Origin: Cenococcum geophilum
Lineage: Eukaryota
Length of the DNA: 64,000 bases
Assembly (NCBI GenBank): GCA_050273025.1
Contig: CP158635.1
Location: 1,426,001-1,490,000 of the forward strand
Direction: 5' to 3'
Position 1 is the first letter of the stretch, and each line of letters begins with the position of its first letter. The notes under the pieces were generated by a model. The model was not told the DNA's origin. It did not search any database and was given only the letters and a program-made list of their open reading frames with translations. Positions 1-13,223 of this stretch are shown in pieces. The position numbers and the translations under genes were made by a program.

Positions 1-3000
1 TGCTAGCGAGATGTGGTTCCTTATTACTCCACTATCTATTAGTGCCTTAAATTGTTAATCTTGCCATTTAACTCGTAAATTTAGGTATTATCCTTAAATT
101 CCTTTAAGGGTCTAAGGCTCTACTACTGGTTCCCTCTAGTCCTATAGGCCTCTGCTTTTCCTAACTATTAGCTATTAGATCCTGTTTGTACTTAGTCCTA
201 CTTAGGCCAATACTTAGTTCGCTTTTTATCTTTAATATACTATAGATAGGTGTTCTTTAGACATTCCCACCATTGCCGTCTATCTAGGCATTCTTCCGTA
301 AGGAATCTTCCTAGTTAAAGTATTAAGTCCCCTTATTTTTAAACTTCCACGGGGTGCCAATTATATATATACTTAGCGTTTCGGTACTTTACCTTATCCG
401 TCATCTAATATATCCTTATTAGATACTTCCGATTTTTATCTTTTAGTGCTCTATGCATATTATACGCATTATCTACGCATGCTATCTACGATAGTATATA
501 ATATGCTTAGTGTCTTAGGTCAACTCTTAGTTCGTCTTTATTCTTAAGTTTAAACCGCTCTCGTATTAATCTAAGCGTTATGACTTCGTTTATAGGTACT
601 AAGATTCGTCTTTCGCTTCTCTAGTCCTCTAATTACTCCTCTAGATCTTTTAACGTTATAATTAAGGCTCCCTTAATATAAGTTATAGCCTTTTCTGTAA
701 TCGGGTGGTCTTAGACAACTTTTTCGTCTAGCTATATATAGAAATTTTCCTACTCGTCATTATATCGTTGCCTATACCACTTCTAGTACAGCTGCTTAAG
801 TATATACGGCTCGTCCATAAGGAAATATCTCTTTATTACTACGTTGTAATAGCCTTTAGTATGTCGTTCCTTAAACCTAGTAGGAATCTCTAGATCCTCT
901 TCTTACTCCAGTTTGGTAAGCTACTTAGCTCTTAGTATGCCTACTCTAGGCCTATTAGTGATCCTTTATACTAGCGCTCTGTCCCTTATATATCCCAATA
1001 TACTAGATCTCTTATCTAGTTTCTGTTCTTGCTATAAGGTAATTCTTACTCTAAATTCCTCTATAGTTTCCTTTATATCGCGTCTTACGAGTAGATCCTT
1101 AAAGTCTCCTTACTTCTTAATCTTGGTATTAATTCTTTAATCTTTAGGCCGAACACTATATTCCCTTAGTAAGTCCTCTAGGTTTATATATTTATCTCCT
1201 AGCCTAACTGCTATTTATATTACAGATTCTCTAATTTATAAAGAAGCCTCTTACCTCTTACTTATAGGTGTCCTAATTCGCGCTCTAAATTCTTAGTCCC
1301 TTAGGTTCTTTAATCCTAAGCTTACTTCTAACTTAAGTTTAGCTCTTGCCTTAGTCCAACTAGGCGTCCGTAGTGTTCTTATCTCGTCTTAAGAGTTTTA
1401 AATCTCACTTATCTCATCTTAAGAATCTTGTGCCTGTGGGAAACTCTATCCCAAGCTTATTCGTATATTTTTAAACTAAGCTACTACCCTACTCTATCGG
1501 TTTTTGTCCATTATAGGTCCTTAAGTATACCTTATTTTATCTTAAGAATTTTAGTCATCTCTTATCTCGTTATAAGAATCTTAAGCCTTTAGCCTTTTGC
1601 CTTTATTAAGTGCCGAAGTGGTTTACTATCCTACTTCTCTTACGTTTTATAAAGCGATAGACATTGTATCTAGTGGGGTTTTGATCCCTACTAATGTTCC
1701 CTATTCTATAGTGGAATTATCCTCTACCTTTGGTATAACATCTCCGAGGTCTACGTGCTCTTAGTAAGCCGCCTCTATCGCCTTATTATTATGGAATGTT
1801 TTGCCTGTATTAAATTTATCGTCCTTAATATCCGATCTATAAACTAGTTCATTAGTCCCTTTACATTCTATAGATTTTAGCTCCTATAGCCAATAGCTTA
1901 CGCCATACTTAGCGTCTTTATAAATTAGTATATGTTATTATAATAGAACGCAAAACTTCTAATTAAACATTCCTTTATTCCTTATAGTATACTATCGTTT
2001 TTCTATACGCGTATATCTTCTACCGTTGGTCTAGTTCCCTTTATTATATAGTAACTCTAACTATCTTTATAATCCCTTACAAAGTAACCTTGTTTTCCGC
2101 AATTTATATAAGCTCCGTCTCTAAACTATTGACTTTACTATAGAGTCCGCCTAAACGTCTTCTGCTACTAAGATCCCTAGTTTAGCCTTTGCTCCTTAGT
2201 CCTATAATTACTAGATCCTTAACCTCTAGGTTTCTATAGTTTTTTACTCCATTTCTTATAGGCTTCTTTAGTGCCGCTTAGGTTTATTAGCTCTACGCTA
2301 TACTATAGTTTCTAACTTAGCTTTAGTTGTTGCGTACTCTACGTCTTATATAACTATAAAACTCTATCCTAACCTCTCTTAGCTTGTTCCCTTTAGTAGA
2401 TCCAATTATCAATCTTTATTACTTAATCTATTAGTTCCCTTAGGGTATCTATATCTTCCATTAGAATAATTACGTCCTAAACTTTAGCCTTAAGTCCCTA
2501 TTTATACTGTGCTATAAGCGCCCTATTATTCTACTTAACTTATATTACTAACGTCTGGAACTATGTTATGTACTTAATTACTAAGGTTTGTTACGTAATG
2601 TCTTAGAGTTTTCTTTCCGCTATAGTTACTACCTTTAGGTCTCCGAATATTTGTATAAGTTGTTCTACGAATTTATTCTAGCTTAAGAATATAAACTATA
2701 CCTCTTAGTTTGTAGTTGTTATTCCGTTTACCTAGATTTCCGTAAGGTAAGGCTTAAACTATTTAAGTGCTCTTCCTGTTAGGAACAATCCTACGTATGC
2801 TATTTAATCTATAGGTATTACTAGCTTAGCTCCCTCTTACGTAACCTTAAAGTGCATTTATATAAGGAATCCTTTAAGCTTTAATCTCTCTCCTAAGTAC
2901 CTTTTAATTAATAGTAACTTAACCTTTGCTACGCCTATCCCGTTAATCCTATTTTCCAACATTATATTATTTTCTATTAACTGGTTGACTATTTCTTGTA

Positions 3001-3584
3001 ACTGTCTGACCGTTACAGGTTGCTGTAAGTTAGTGTCCGCTATACTGGTGTCGCCTTCTAACCTTAAAGTAGTTGCCGCTGTTAATAGCGTCGTGGTGGC
3101 TGCTTTTGGTGGCATATTATTTAACTTTCTATATTTAATACTGTAACTAGGTAGTAATTGTATAACGGAACCTAGTAGTAAGAACTACGATGGGCTCGTT
3201 AATAGGCTAGGTGTATAGGTAATGCAAATTAAAGTTAACAACGTAATAATAACTAGTGGAGTGGTTGCCTAATAGATTAACTCTAATTATATTCTAAGAA
3301 TTACTATAAGGAAGGAACTATCTAGGTAGGGACTAAGGGTCCTTAAATACACGACTATACTCCTATAAAATCCTTCTTATACGTAATGTATGTGTGCTCT
3401 GTCTACTCTGTTACGGATTATATAGATCCTATAGATTATACAGATTACCCCACATAACCTTGGTTACCATTCCTTGTTATATAGCTCTATCGGCTTCATC
3501 CTGGACCGTGCTTAAATTAACTAACCAGCTTCCTCCGACTCCTCTCCTAGTAGTCGTAACATTGTACTTAAAGCGTCCGTAATA
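1..3584 (-). mobile_element. Ty3/Gypsy LTR retrotransposon A, 5' part (LTR, gag, protease), RIP-degraded; runs off the window start
   Basis: gag start MPPKAATT at 3115; zinc-knuckle remnant xxNCGKQG(H)FxRD(C) at ~2070-2110; protease ALIDSG..NHIS at ~10-55; LTR 3161-3584. Inserted into the integrase of Gypsy B: sequence from 3585 matches the uninterrupted copy at 31552. Confidence 0.85.
3161..3584 (-). repeat. 5' LTR of Gypsy A
   Basis: Ends tataacgga / tccgtaata are RIP-converted TG..CA inverted termini; lies directly upstream of gag and ends exactly at the junction with Gypsy B. Confidence 0.7.
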
Positions 3585-6500
3585 CGTAGTCTATTAAGGG
3601 TAGCAGTTTAGCCTAGTTATCCTAAAAGTAGTTAATAAAAGGCCAGAGCCTCTAGTCTAAGTATTAATTTATAATCTCCGTTTAACCGTCTATCTAGGGG
3701 TAATATGCTATAAAAAGCTTTAGCTTAATGCCTAGGATTTAGGTAAACTTATTCTAAAAGGCTAATATAAACTACGGCTTGTGGTTAGATATAATAGTAT
3801 CTAATAGTCCGTAAATTTAGTAGACGTAGTAGATATATAATTAGGCCGCCTCTTTAGCATCAATATTCTTATAACAGGGAATTAAAAACGGGCGTTTGCT
3901 AAAGCGGTTAACTAGGATTATAACCATATCATATCTATTATAGTCTAGAGGTAGTTTATAAAAGTTTATAGAGATATATTACTAGGGGCGGTTAAGTATT
4001 AAGAGGGGTTTTAATAGTCCTAGGGTTTTATCTTATAGAATTATAGACCTATGGCAGTTATTGTAGTTCCGTATATAGCGGTCAATATCTATAATTATTC
4101 CGGGCTAGTAGTAGCGGTTGCTAATAATTCTGCAGGTCTTATTTTTTTTTAAGGTAGGCTATAGAGACCTAGGCATATACTTTGGTAATAAGCTAAGTCT
4201 GTAAGTTCTATTCCTCTATTACCACTAGCTATTCGCGGTGCTTAAGTAGTCCACTTTTAAGGGACTATGGGCTAGAAACATTTCTTACCTTTTTACGGTA
4301 CTTCTATAGAGAAGGGGCCGTACGGTTTGCCTATAGCAGTTTATTAATAAGGTCTAGTTCTATAGAGTTAATAGGGTATATCTCGGCATCTAAAGAGTCT
4401 ATATTTAGTTCTGCCTATATCTAAGAGTTAAGGTACTCTAGTCGTAGTAGCGCTTAGGTCTATAATAAGATCTTTATAGCTATCTGGTCATTTATATCCT
4501 ATTTACGCCTTATAAGAGCGTCCGCATAGTTAGTAGCGTCGGGCCTATATATAATTAGGAAGTTAAACTAAGATAGGGTGTCCGCCTAGCACGCCTATTA
4601 GGCCGTAAGGGCCTTTATTGTTATAAAATATTCTAAGGCCTTATAATTAGAAACTACCTAAATAGACTTAGGGGTGCCTTCTAGTTGGGCTCGCTAGTGC
4701 TAAAAGCTAAAGATAATAGCTAGCATTTCTTTATCGTAAATTAGGTAGTTTAGCTTAGCATCTACTATCGTCTTTAAATAATAAGTAATAGGGTGCTATT
4801 CTTCGTCTATCTACTTTTAGGAGTAAACGCCAGCTATAACACTATCTAAGGTATCAGTTTCTAGCATTAAGGGCCGTTCTAGGTTAAAGTGGGCAAGTAA
4901 AGGAGCAGAGACTAGTCGTTTCTTAAGCTCGTTAAAGGCCTGCCTATATATAGTGTTAAAGTAAAAGGGCTGGTACTTGTAAGTAAGTAGGCTTAGTAGC
5001 TAGGTAATCCTACTATAGTTCTTAATAAAGCGTTAGTAGAAGTTATAGAACCCTAAGAATAACTACACCCCCTTTACGGTCCTTAGGGGTACCTATTAGT
5101 TAATTACAGCCGTCTTTTCTAGGTCTGCCTTAATCCCGTTTATACTAATAATAAACCCTAAGTATTTTATACGCTTAACACTAAATTTTAACTTCTTAAT
5201 ATTGGCTTAGAGGCTAGCTTCCTAAAGCCGTTATAAGACTTTATAGACATACTCTTTATATTTTAGTTTATTTTTAGAGTAGATTATAATATTATCCAGG
5301 TATACTATATAGACGTTATTAAGGTAGTTAAATAGTATATTATTTATGTATCGTTAGTATATGGCCGGTCCGTTAGTTAGTCTAAAAGGTAGTACTTTAT
5401 ATTTATACGTTCTGTAACGGGTCTAAAATATAGTAAGATCTTCTAATTTAGGGTCTATCCTAATTTGGTAAAAAGCCTAGCGGATATTAAGCTTTATAAA
5501 GATCTTAGCTCTACTTATTCGGGCTAAAGTCTTATTAAGTAAAGGCAGTGGGTAGCGGTCTTTAAGGGTTAAATTATTAAGCTTATAGTAGTCGATACAG
5601 AAACAAAGTCCTCTATTTAGCTTTTTAGTAAAGAGAATAGGTAAGTTAAAAGGGGCTTAACTAGGCTTGATAAAGCCCTTATCTAGGTTATTAATAAGAT
5701 ACTACTTTATAGCCTATAATTTGGCAGTAAATTGCTATCAGAGGGGGCTATAGCTAAGGGTAACTACCTTATCCGGCTTAATTTTAATTTTATAGTTGTA
5801 CGGTCGGTAAGGCGGGAGTATATTAGACGCTGCTTTAGAGAAGGTATCTTTAAATTTCTAGTATTAACGGGGCAGTTTCTATTCTACTAGCTCCTCATTT
5901 ATAAGCTTACCTTTCTCTTAAGCTAGGGCTTCTTTCTCTTTAATTATTTAATTAATTTCGTATAAGCTAGTTATAAAGGCAACGGTATTAGGCTGAACTA
6001 GGTTTTGGTAGAATCCTATAGCGCTAATATAGCAGATATTAACTGGCGGGAGGTCTATAGGTTTCTTTACGGATATTCGTTGGGCCGTATTTTACGGTAT
6101 AGGGTTTATAGTCTTCCTTAGCTTATATTCCATTTTCCATAAGTTGTTCTTCTAGTCTATTAGTTTAGTATATCGTCTAATATCCCTAGCCTTTTTTTAT
6201 GGCTGCGTAGGCCTAAGTTCTCTATTAGGGACTTAGCTAGGCCACTACTAACTTCCTAAGTCTTTAGTACGGGTAGTATAATATAGGCAGTCTAAGGGCG
6301 GTGTAGTATATAAATCCGTTACGGATTAAGCTATACTTCCTTCTTAAAAGCCTAGTCCCTACGCGTCGCATCAGCCTAGTAAACGGTGTTTATCTACAGC
6401 CGTATAAGATTTTCTATTATAATACTAATCTCTTTTATAAAGGAAGGCGTTAAGGGCATAGTTTTGGGCTAGATAAGCTGTCTATTCCGTACGTTAAGAT

Positions 6501-8061
6501 ATAAGCCTAAATAGGCTAGCTATTTTCTCCTTAAGATTATATTATGGCTTCCAAGGTCTATAATAAGGAAGGGGATGTTATACTACCTTCGTCCGTTAAC
6601 GCGGAGGTAGATTCGCAAGATAGTTATAATAGGTGGTGTAACCGACTACCGGACCTTGCATATTGCCCTGTTTCACTAGCGTCAGCACTGACCTCGTATG
6701 TCTCGGATATGTTTGAAATGACTCATAGGCTTCGGAGTTAGGGGTCTACTTTCATGTATTTATACCACTTGATTTCCATAGATTTACAATTAAGTTGCTC
6801 GTTTAATTTAATTTTTAGCCAATTAGCGCGTGCCTTAATTTAATAGAGGCCTTAGTTAATAGCTAGGCAATAGTCTATAAGTTCCTTTAACGTCTATACT
6901 GTAGTATAAGCTAGTAATACGGCCCGCTATAGGTCTAGGGTAAGCTTATTAAAAAGGTTTAGTAGTAGGTCTTCCTGGGGGATCTAGGCCTATCCGGCTA
7001 GGTATAAAAAGCGGGTTTAGAAAGCTAAAAAGGTCTCCGTTGTTTTTATATTTAAGCTTTTATAGCTAAGGTAGGCGTTCTATACTTTAAAAGGGTCTTT
7101 ATAAATAGAAGATAAGTATTTAATTATTTCTTCTTTAGAGATAAAGGGGTCTGCTAAGTCTTTAGTATATTATGGGCGTAAATGCGTCTAGGTATCTCCA
7201 CTAGTACGGCCGAAAATATAGGCTATTCTAGCTCGGGCGTTAGGGAAGTAGTCTACATTAACTTTAAGCTTATCCTATAATTAAAGCTTCTAATTATTAA
7301 ATATAGGGTCGGTTCCGTCTATAAGTAGCGGGGGATCCATAACCTTTACCGACTGCTTTAGTGCTATATAGGTCTTAGTAGATCTACTAAGGCACTAGAA
7401 TAGGGCCTAAAGGACTATAGCAAGTCTTTAGTTATCTAATAATGACTTATTATTAGATATAGGGGTATCTCTAGCTTTAAGCAGCTCTCGCAGTTATTTA
7501 ATTTTGGCATTAGCAGCCACAAGCTCCGCCTAGGGGGTTAAAACGTTAATTATTTCTTCGTCTAAAGTATTTAAGGGTCCTACAGCTGCTTTACCTGCTA
7601 CTGTGGTTCGTGGTATAGTGGTAGGGGTATTAGGTAATTCTAGGTAATTTCTTTAGGGGTTTTGGTCTATGCGTATTTTATAAGTCCTTTCCTTAAGGTT
7701 CTATTCTTTTCTTTTAGGTCCTATCCTTGTGGTCCTAGTAATACCTTTAGGGTCCTATTCTATGTTCTTATAGATATATTTAAGTTCCTTCTTAGGAAGA
7801 AAGAGTAGAGAGAGCTTTAGATAATATTAGCGACTTAGTTAATTAAGATATAAGTACAGCAAAAGGGTCGCGTAAGCCTATACAATTGAATTGTCTATAA
7901 ATGAGAATCTAAAGCTAGGGAAAGGAAAGGAGAAGAAGAGCAGCGCCGTTTAATGTTTTATAAGATCTTCGCGTCACGTAATCGCAATATGCAGCAATCT
8001 GTGGCAACTTGCCGGTACGTAGTTCTACTAAGTTCTGCTAAGTTCTGCCAGTGCTATAATA
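3585..8061 (-). mobile_element. Ty3/Gypsy LTR retrotransposon B (LTR, gag, protease, RT, RNase H, partial integrase), RIP-degraded
   Basis: RT motif VYLD(D)III at ~5285-5310; protease C-half IPFLIIDLGSH(D)IIL at ~6530-6580; gag ~6840-7700; 237-bp LTR 7825-8061; 3585-4975 is colinear with 31552-32940. Confidence 0.9.
7825..8061 (-). repeat. 5' LTR of Gypsy B (237 bp)
   Basis: Same length and closely similar sequence as 30409-30645; termini tattagc...gctataata are RIP-converted TG..CA. Confidence 0.9.
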
Positions 8062-10377
8062 CCTTCTACTTATCTAATTTAGGCTATATTATTAATAGTA
8101 GTATATTAGGCAGCGTAATACCCGTATAGCGGATTTTAAAGTAGCCTATCTATAAGGGGTATTCTACTATTAACCTTATAAACTCTTACGGGAGAGAGTT
8201 TAAGTAATAGCCTACTATTTACTTTTAGTTTTACCTCCTAGTGCACCAAATCTAGTCCTTACTAACCCCCTTTAACTCCACCGTCTTAGCGCTAGCGCTT
8301 CGCCTAATATACGTCTTTTTCTCTAAAAAGACACTAATATACTAAAAGGCCTTTACGACCTAATCTCGCTGTAAGTTATATAAGAGGGCCGCCTCGCAAT
8401 CCCTACTGCTCTTAATTAGGCGTATATTATACTATACTAAGCGCCTATTAAAGTCTGGGAATAGCTCCGTATTAAGATCCTAGCAGTATAGAAGATAAAA
8501 AGCTAGCCCGCTAAGTATATAAATAAGCGGCTTTCTATTCCGTAGGGCCCTAATAGTTTTAAGGCAGCCGTACTAGTTCTGCTTACCTATATATATAGTA
8601 AATATTAAGGGTATATAGCGCGTAGGGCCTTTACCCTTAAACTTAAAGGTAAATAGATCTAAGATCTTGGTAGAGCGTTTATCGCCGCCGTAGGTAAGCA
8701 TATAGTAGCCTAATAGGATATTAATAAGCGTGCGGAAGTAGCACTCTAGGGATAAGGCGGCGCCCCTAGCCTAGAGCTTACAGCAGACGCTCTAGAACTC
8801 GTCCTTAGTATAGCTATTAAGAAGGGTGTCTCTGCCCGTATTAGCAAACTACTCTTTCTTACGCTATACGTCCCTCCGCTATAGCGTCTTTAGGTACTCC
8901 CTAATGCTATCCTCCCACGGAAACAGGTGGCATCAGCAAAATGTTTGTGCCTCCTGACAGTACTGACAGCTCCTGACAGCTCCTGTCAGGGCTGTCAGGA
9001 GCTCCAGGAGACACTCACACTCGGCATCCTGTCAGGAGGTCGCCCGGACCACCAGGACCTCCAGACCTCCAGGACCTCCAGGACCATCAGGACCATCAGG
9101 ACCATCAGGACCATTAGGACCATCAGGACAACAATAAAAATTCTAGATTTAAAAATAGGGTATATTAACACTCTAGTATTTACAGCTAGTCAAAAAATAC
9201 AAAATTATTTTAATTATATACGATCTAAATAATCCAATCTGCCTACCGCCTGTGTCTGTCATAGGAGCTCTACGATCGCTCGGGCGTCGGGCGATCGACT
9301 GAGGAGCCTCTCGCGGAGGCTCCAAATCGTCGATTGGCGATGTTCCCGATGATCCGCCGGCCGTGTGCTGATTTCCTAACTAGGCCTAGTGCCTGCCTGC
9401 CTGCCTGCCTGCCTGTCCTACCTGTCCGAGCCTGCCTGTGCCTGCCTGTGCCTGCCTGTCGTGCCTACCTGTCTATGCCTACCTGTCTGTATCCGTAATT
9501 CGGGGGAGAGGTCGGCCCGATCGAAGGATCTGCTTGATTCGATTGCGATTAATTGTATTGATTCGAATCGTTTTCTATGGGCGTTCGCTGGCTGTACGTT
9601 TGAACGGTGGTCGTCTGGGGTGCCTCATTCAGTAACAGGCTGATATCGAGGCTCTGGTTCGATTCGATTCGATCGATTGAATCGATCGTCCGGTTCTGGC
9701 GACGGTCCTCTCCTACCTGCCTGCCTACCTACCTGCCTACCTGCCTGCCTGCCTATGTCAGTATCTAATTCAATTCGGGGGAGGGGTCGGCCCGATTGAA
9801 GGCTCTAATTGATCCAGATCGTTCTCTATGGCCGTTCGCTAGCTGTACATTCGAACGGTGGTCGTCTAGGGGGCCTCCCTAGGAGGCCTTGATTCGATTC
9901 GGTGATGGGCCAATATCAAATTTGATCGATCGAATCGTTCGTGGTATTCGCTGGCTGGTTGTTCGAAAGGTCGTCGTCTAGTTCTGGTAACGGTCGTCGT
10001 CTAGTTCTGATAACGGTCGTCAGGTTCTGGCAACGGTCGTCTGGTGACGGTGACGGTCGTCTACTGGCTGCCGTTCTAGTGTTTCCTAAGGTAGGGAGGA
10101 TGTAAGGAAGGGTAAAAAATAAGGTGGCTACAAAGGGGGTAACTTGGCAGGGCACGTGTAGGCTATCGGGAATATAGCGGGGACCCGATAGCACTGTGTG
10201 TCGCGCCTAATAGCACTATGTCGCGCGCGCGCACCTAAGATGTCGCATTAGGGGGGGTGTCGCATTGGGGGGGTGTTGCTTGAGGGGTATGTGCATAGGT
10301 GTCGCTTTGGGGGGGGGGTGGGAGGGGTGTCGCTTAGGGGTATCCTGCCAGGAACCTGACAGGACGATCAGGAAATA

Positions 10378-12897
10378 ACGTAGCTGACCAGGAAGCGAGC
10401 CACCCCACGTAGCGAGCCACATACAGGTGATATTTGATCAATTTATAATAAAATCAACAACGAGCTTATATATATTCCAAATAGGCCAAATTGAAGCTTT
10501 TATACCACTATTTCGATTGTAATATTGCTTAAAATAATTTATCTACGTTTTGGTGGTGATAGAGACCCGCGCGCCGACTAATCGCACGGGCGACTACCAT
10601 ATTCCTGCGACGTCCCCTTCCAGATCAACGACCCATTGATCCACTTATTTGCAGGCTGCGGATTACACCTAAATATATAAGAAAGGTGAGCCTAATCTTA
10701 ATTATACTTACTAGGGTTTAGAACGGCTCTGCTTAACGTAGCAACGTTAAGCTCTGGTAGAGTCGTTCCTTCCTTATACTCCCTTTAAGTTAACTTTTGC
10801 GCGGAGGCCTCCTGCTTCTATAGATCTTCAGATTTTAATTAATCGACGTCCTCCTAACTAAGGACTCTGCCCTTACTAAGCAGTCGCCTGCTTAACTTCT
10901 TATTAATGCAAAAGCTTTAATATTTCTTATTTTCTTCCCTTTAGATATAGGAGTTAGTCGCAAAGCCTATTAAAGCTTTAAAAAGCTTTTTAAGATATTG
11001 CCGAGTCGGAGTCTTAAGCAGGCCGTTAAGTCGTGTGGTCGTTAATTCATTAATTTAATTGTATAGAGATTTAATTTCCCTTATAGTTCTTGGCGTCTTT
11101 AGAGTGCGTAAAGTAGTAGGTGTATTTAATTCCTCTTTATCCTGGCTTTTAGAAGGCTCCGTATAGGTAAGAGTCTTTAAGACAGTAGTAGGATTATAAG
11201 GTAGAAGGCCTATAGCTTTTTAGGCGTTGCTAATTGTATCGGGGGTAAATGCCTATATGCGCGCCTTTGGGTAGAGCTTTAAAAAATATTCCTTATTAAC
11301 GCCTAAGTAGCCATATTGACAGAAGTTATCTACTTACTTTCTATAGTAGTGAGAGAGTGGCCCAAAATAACCCACATCTAGTAGTTAGAGCTTATAAGTT
11401 AAATAAGGTGGTAAAGTAACTAGGATAATCTTATATATAAGCGCATACTTAACAAATTACTAGGTAAGGTGGCTTAAATAATTATCTATTAAAAGCAGGC
11501 GATATTGCTATATTTTACCGTCGGAATCTTCCATAAGGTATCTCGTATATTTATTATAATGTTTAATATAATATAGGCCTAAAGAGCTGTCTATCCACCC
11601 ACTAGGGGAGGTAGCGTACGTATATCCGCGAAGGCCCTTATTTTGCTTAGTAATTTAATACTATCCTTTTAGGTGGGTTTGCGCCTTCTAAATTAAGAAG
11701 GCGGGTAGTAGAGAGCCGTTAGCGTAAATTGTTTTAATAATAGATACTGACTTATAAGAGCCTGGCTGTATAACTGTTTGATTTTTTAACCTCTCCCTAT
11801 ACGTCTTACCCGACACGATTACCCGGGCTACCGCTGTAAGGCCTAGTATTACCCCCTTCTCGTTAAAGTTGCTAATAAATTTTAAATGCTTAACTTAATA
11901 TCGCTTATAAATGGTATAAAAGAACGTAAACCAATTATATATAATTACTAGATTATCATTCTAAGCTCTTTAACAGTCGAGCTAACAACTTAATATAGTA
12001 CTAAGACCGTGGCGTTAAACAAATCTCTACCCCTAATACTTGCCTACGGTTTAGCCATTTCCTAAAAGGGAATAAGCCATTTCTAAGAGCATATTAACCT
12101 TTAACGGAAGGCCCTAGGATTAACATTCATGGATCCATTTGATAATTTGCTGTTCTTGTAAAGGATGTAATAAACCTAGATGAGCTTCGTGTTGTAAAAG
12201 ACGGCCAGCAAGACGATATCCAACGGTAGATCTGGGTGCTCCATGGGCGCTAGAGGCCTTGCAAATCGACAGCTCAACACCAGAAGAAAGATCTTGTAAC
12301 GTATTCCACCATCGAGCCGGCAGAACTATCGAGCCGGCAAGTCCATTTCCCCACCAAAAATTATAAAAATCACAATATAATATCTTAACAACCACTTAAT
12401 AATAAATTCTAATAATTTAGATTTAGACTTTTATATACACTCTATAGCTTCTATTAAAGTTATATAGTAAATAGTTTAGTAGTTTTTAAGATATAGTAAT
12501 TTGGCTATATTTTGGCCCCCAAATTTTAATACCTTAAAAACTACTAAACTATTTACTATGCAACTTTAATAGAAGCTGTAGAGTGTATATAAAAGTCTAA
12601 ATCTAAATTATTAGAATTTATTATTAAGTGGTTGTTAAGAGATTATATTGTGATTTTTATAATTTTTAATGGGGAAATGGACTTGCCGGCTCGATGGTTC
12701 TGCCGGCTCGATGGTGGAATACGTTATAATATTTTATATAGTAGTCTCGGCTTCGCGAGAGGGTAAGGATTGATTTGGCATCGTGTAATATGCTAAGGCT
12801 TTTTGATTTTGGTGTAATTTGCTATGAAATTAAAAATGGTAGGAATATTCTTATATAGCTCGCTACGTGGGGTGGCTCGCTTCCTGGTCAGCTACGT
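10378..12897 (-). mobile_element. Fot1/pogo-family DNA transposon, RIP-degraded
   Basis: ~45-bp TIR acgtagctgaccaggaagcgagccaccccacgtagcgagc, TA TSD (10376-77, 12898-99); DDE motif LPP(H)(S)T(H)KL(Q)(P)LDVGYFGPL at ~11340-11430; N-terminal HTH region at 12120-12296. Confidence 0.93.
12299..12724. mobile_element. Foldback MITE (426 bp) inserted in the Fot1 transposase 5' end
   Basis: ~190-bp inverted arms starting acgtattccaccatcgagccggcag, TA TSD (12297-98, 12725-26), ~40-bp spacer. Confidence 0.92.
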
Positions 12898-13223
12898 TAC
12901 TAGTTTCCTGTCAGGAGCCTGTCAGGACGATTAGGAAATACTAGTTTCCTATTAGGACCTAACAGGACGATCAGGAAAATTAAAGATCCTGGCAGGAGCC
13001 TATCAGGACGATTAGGAAAATCAAAATCCTGCCAGGAGCCTGCCAGGAGCCTGCCAGGAGCCTGTCAGGACGATTAGGACCTCCAGGAAAATCAAAATCC
13101 TGTCAGGAGGCCTCCAGGATCTTGGCACCCCAACAAAATGCTAATGGGCTATTTATTTTTATTGCTTTCTATATCTAATAAAGGTCCGTTAAAGCGGTAA
13201 TATAGCTATAAACTAACCACTAT

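Larger units (their letters stand above)
8931..13146. mobile_element. Non-autonomous TIR element, CACTA/CMC-like (contains a nested Fot1 element)
   Basis: 8-bp TIR catcagca / tgctaatg, 2-bp TSD GG (8929-30, 13147-48), arrays of the palindromic motif TCCTGWCAGGA and variants near both ends (8951-9130; 10343-10377 plus 12900-13125); no coding capacity; removal restores the Crypton frame (aat agc cac ctg). Superfamily is inferred. Confidence 0.7.

Noticed and set aside
8927..10422. Short ORFs with RTIRTI, PACL and similar repeats
   Set aside because: Translations of simple repeats inside a non-coding element.
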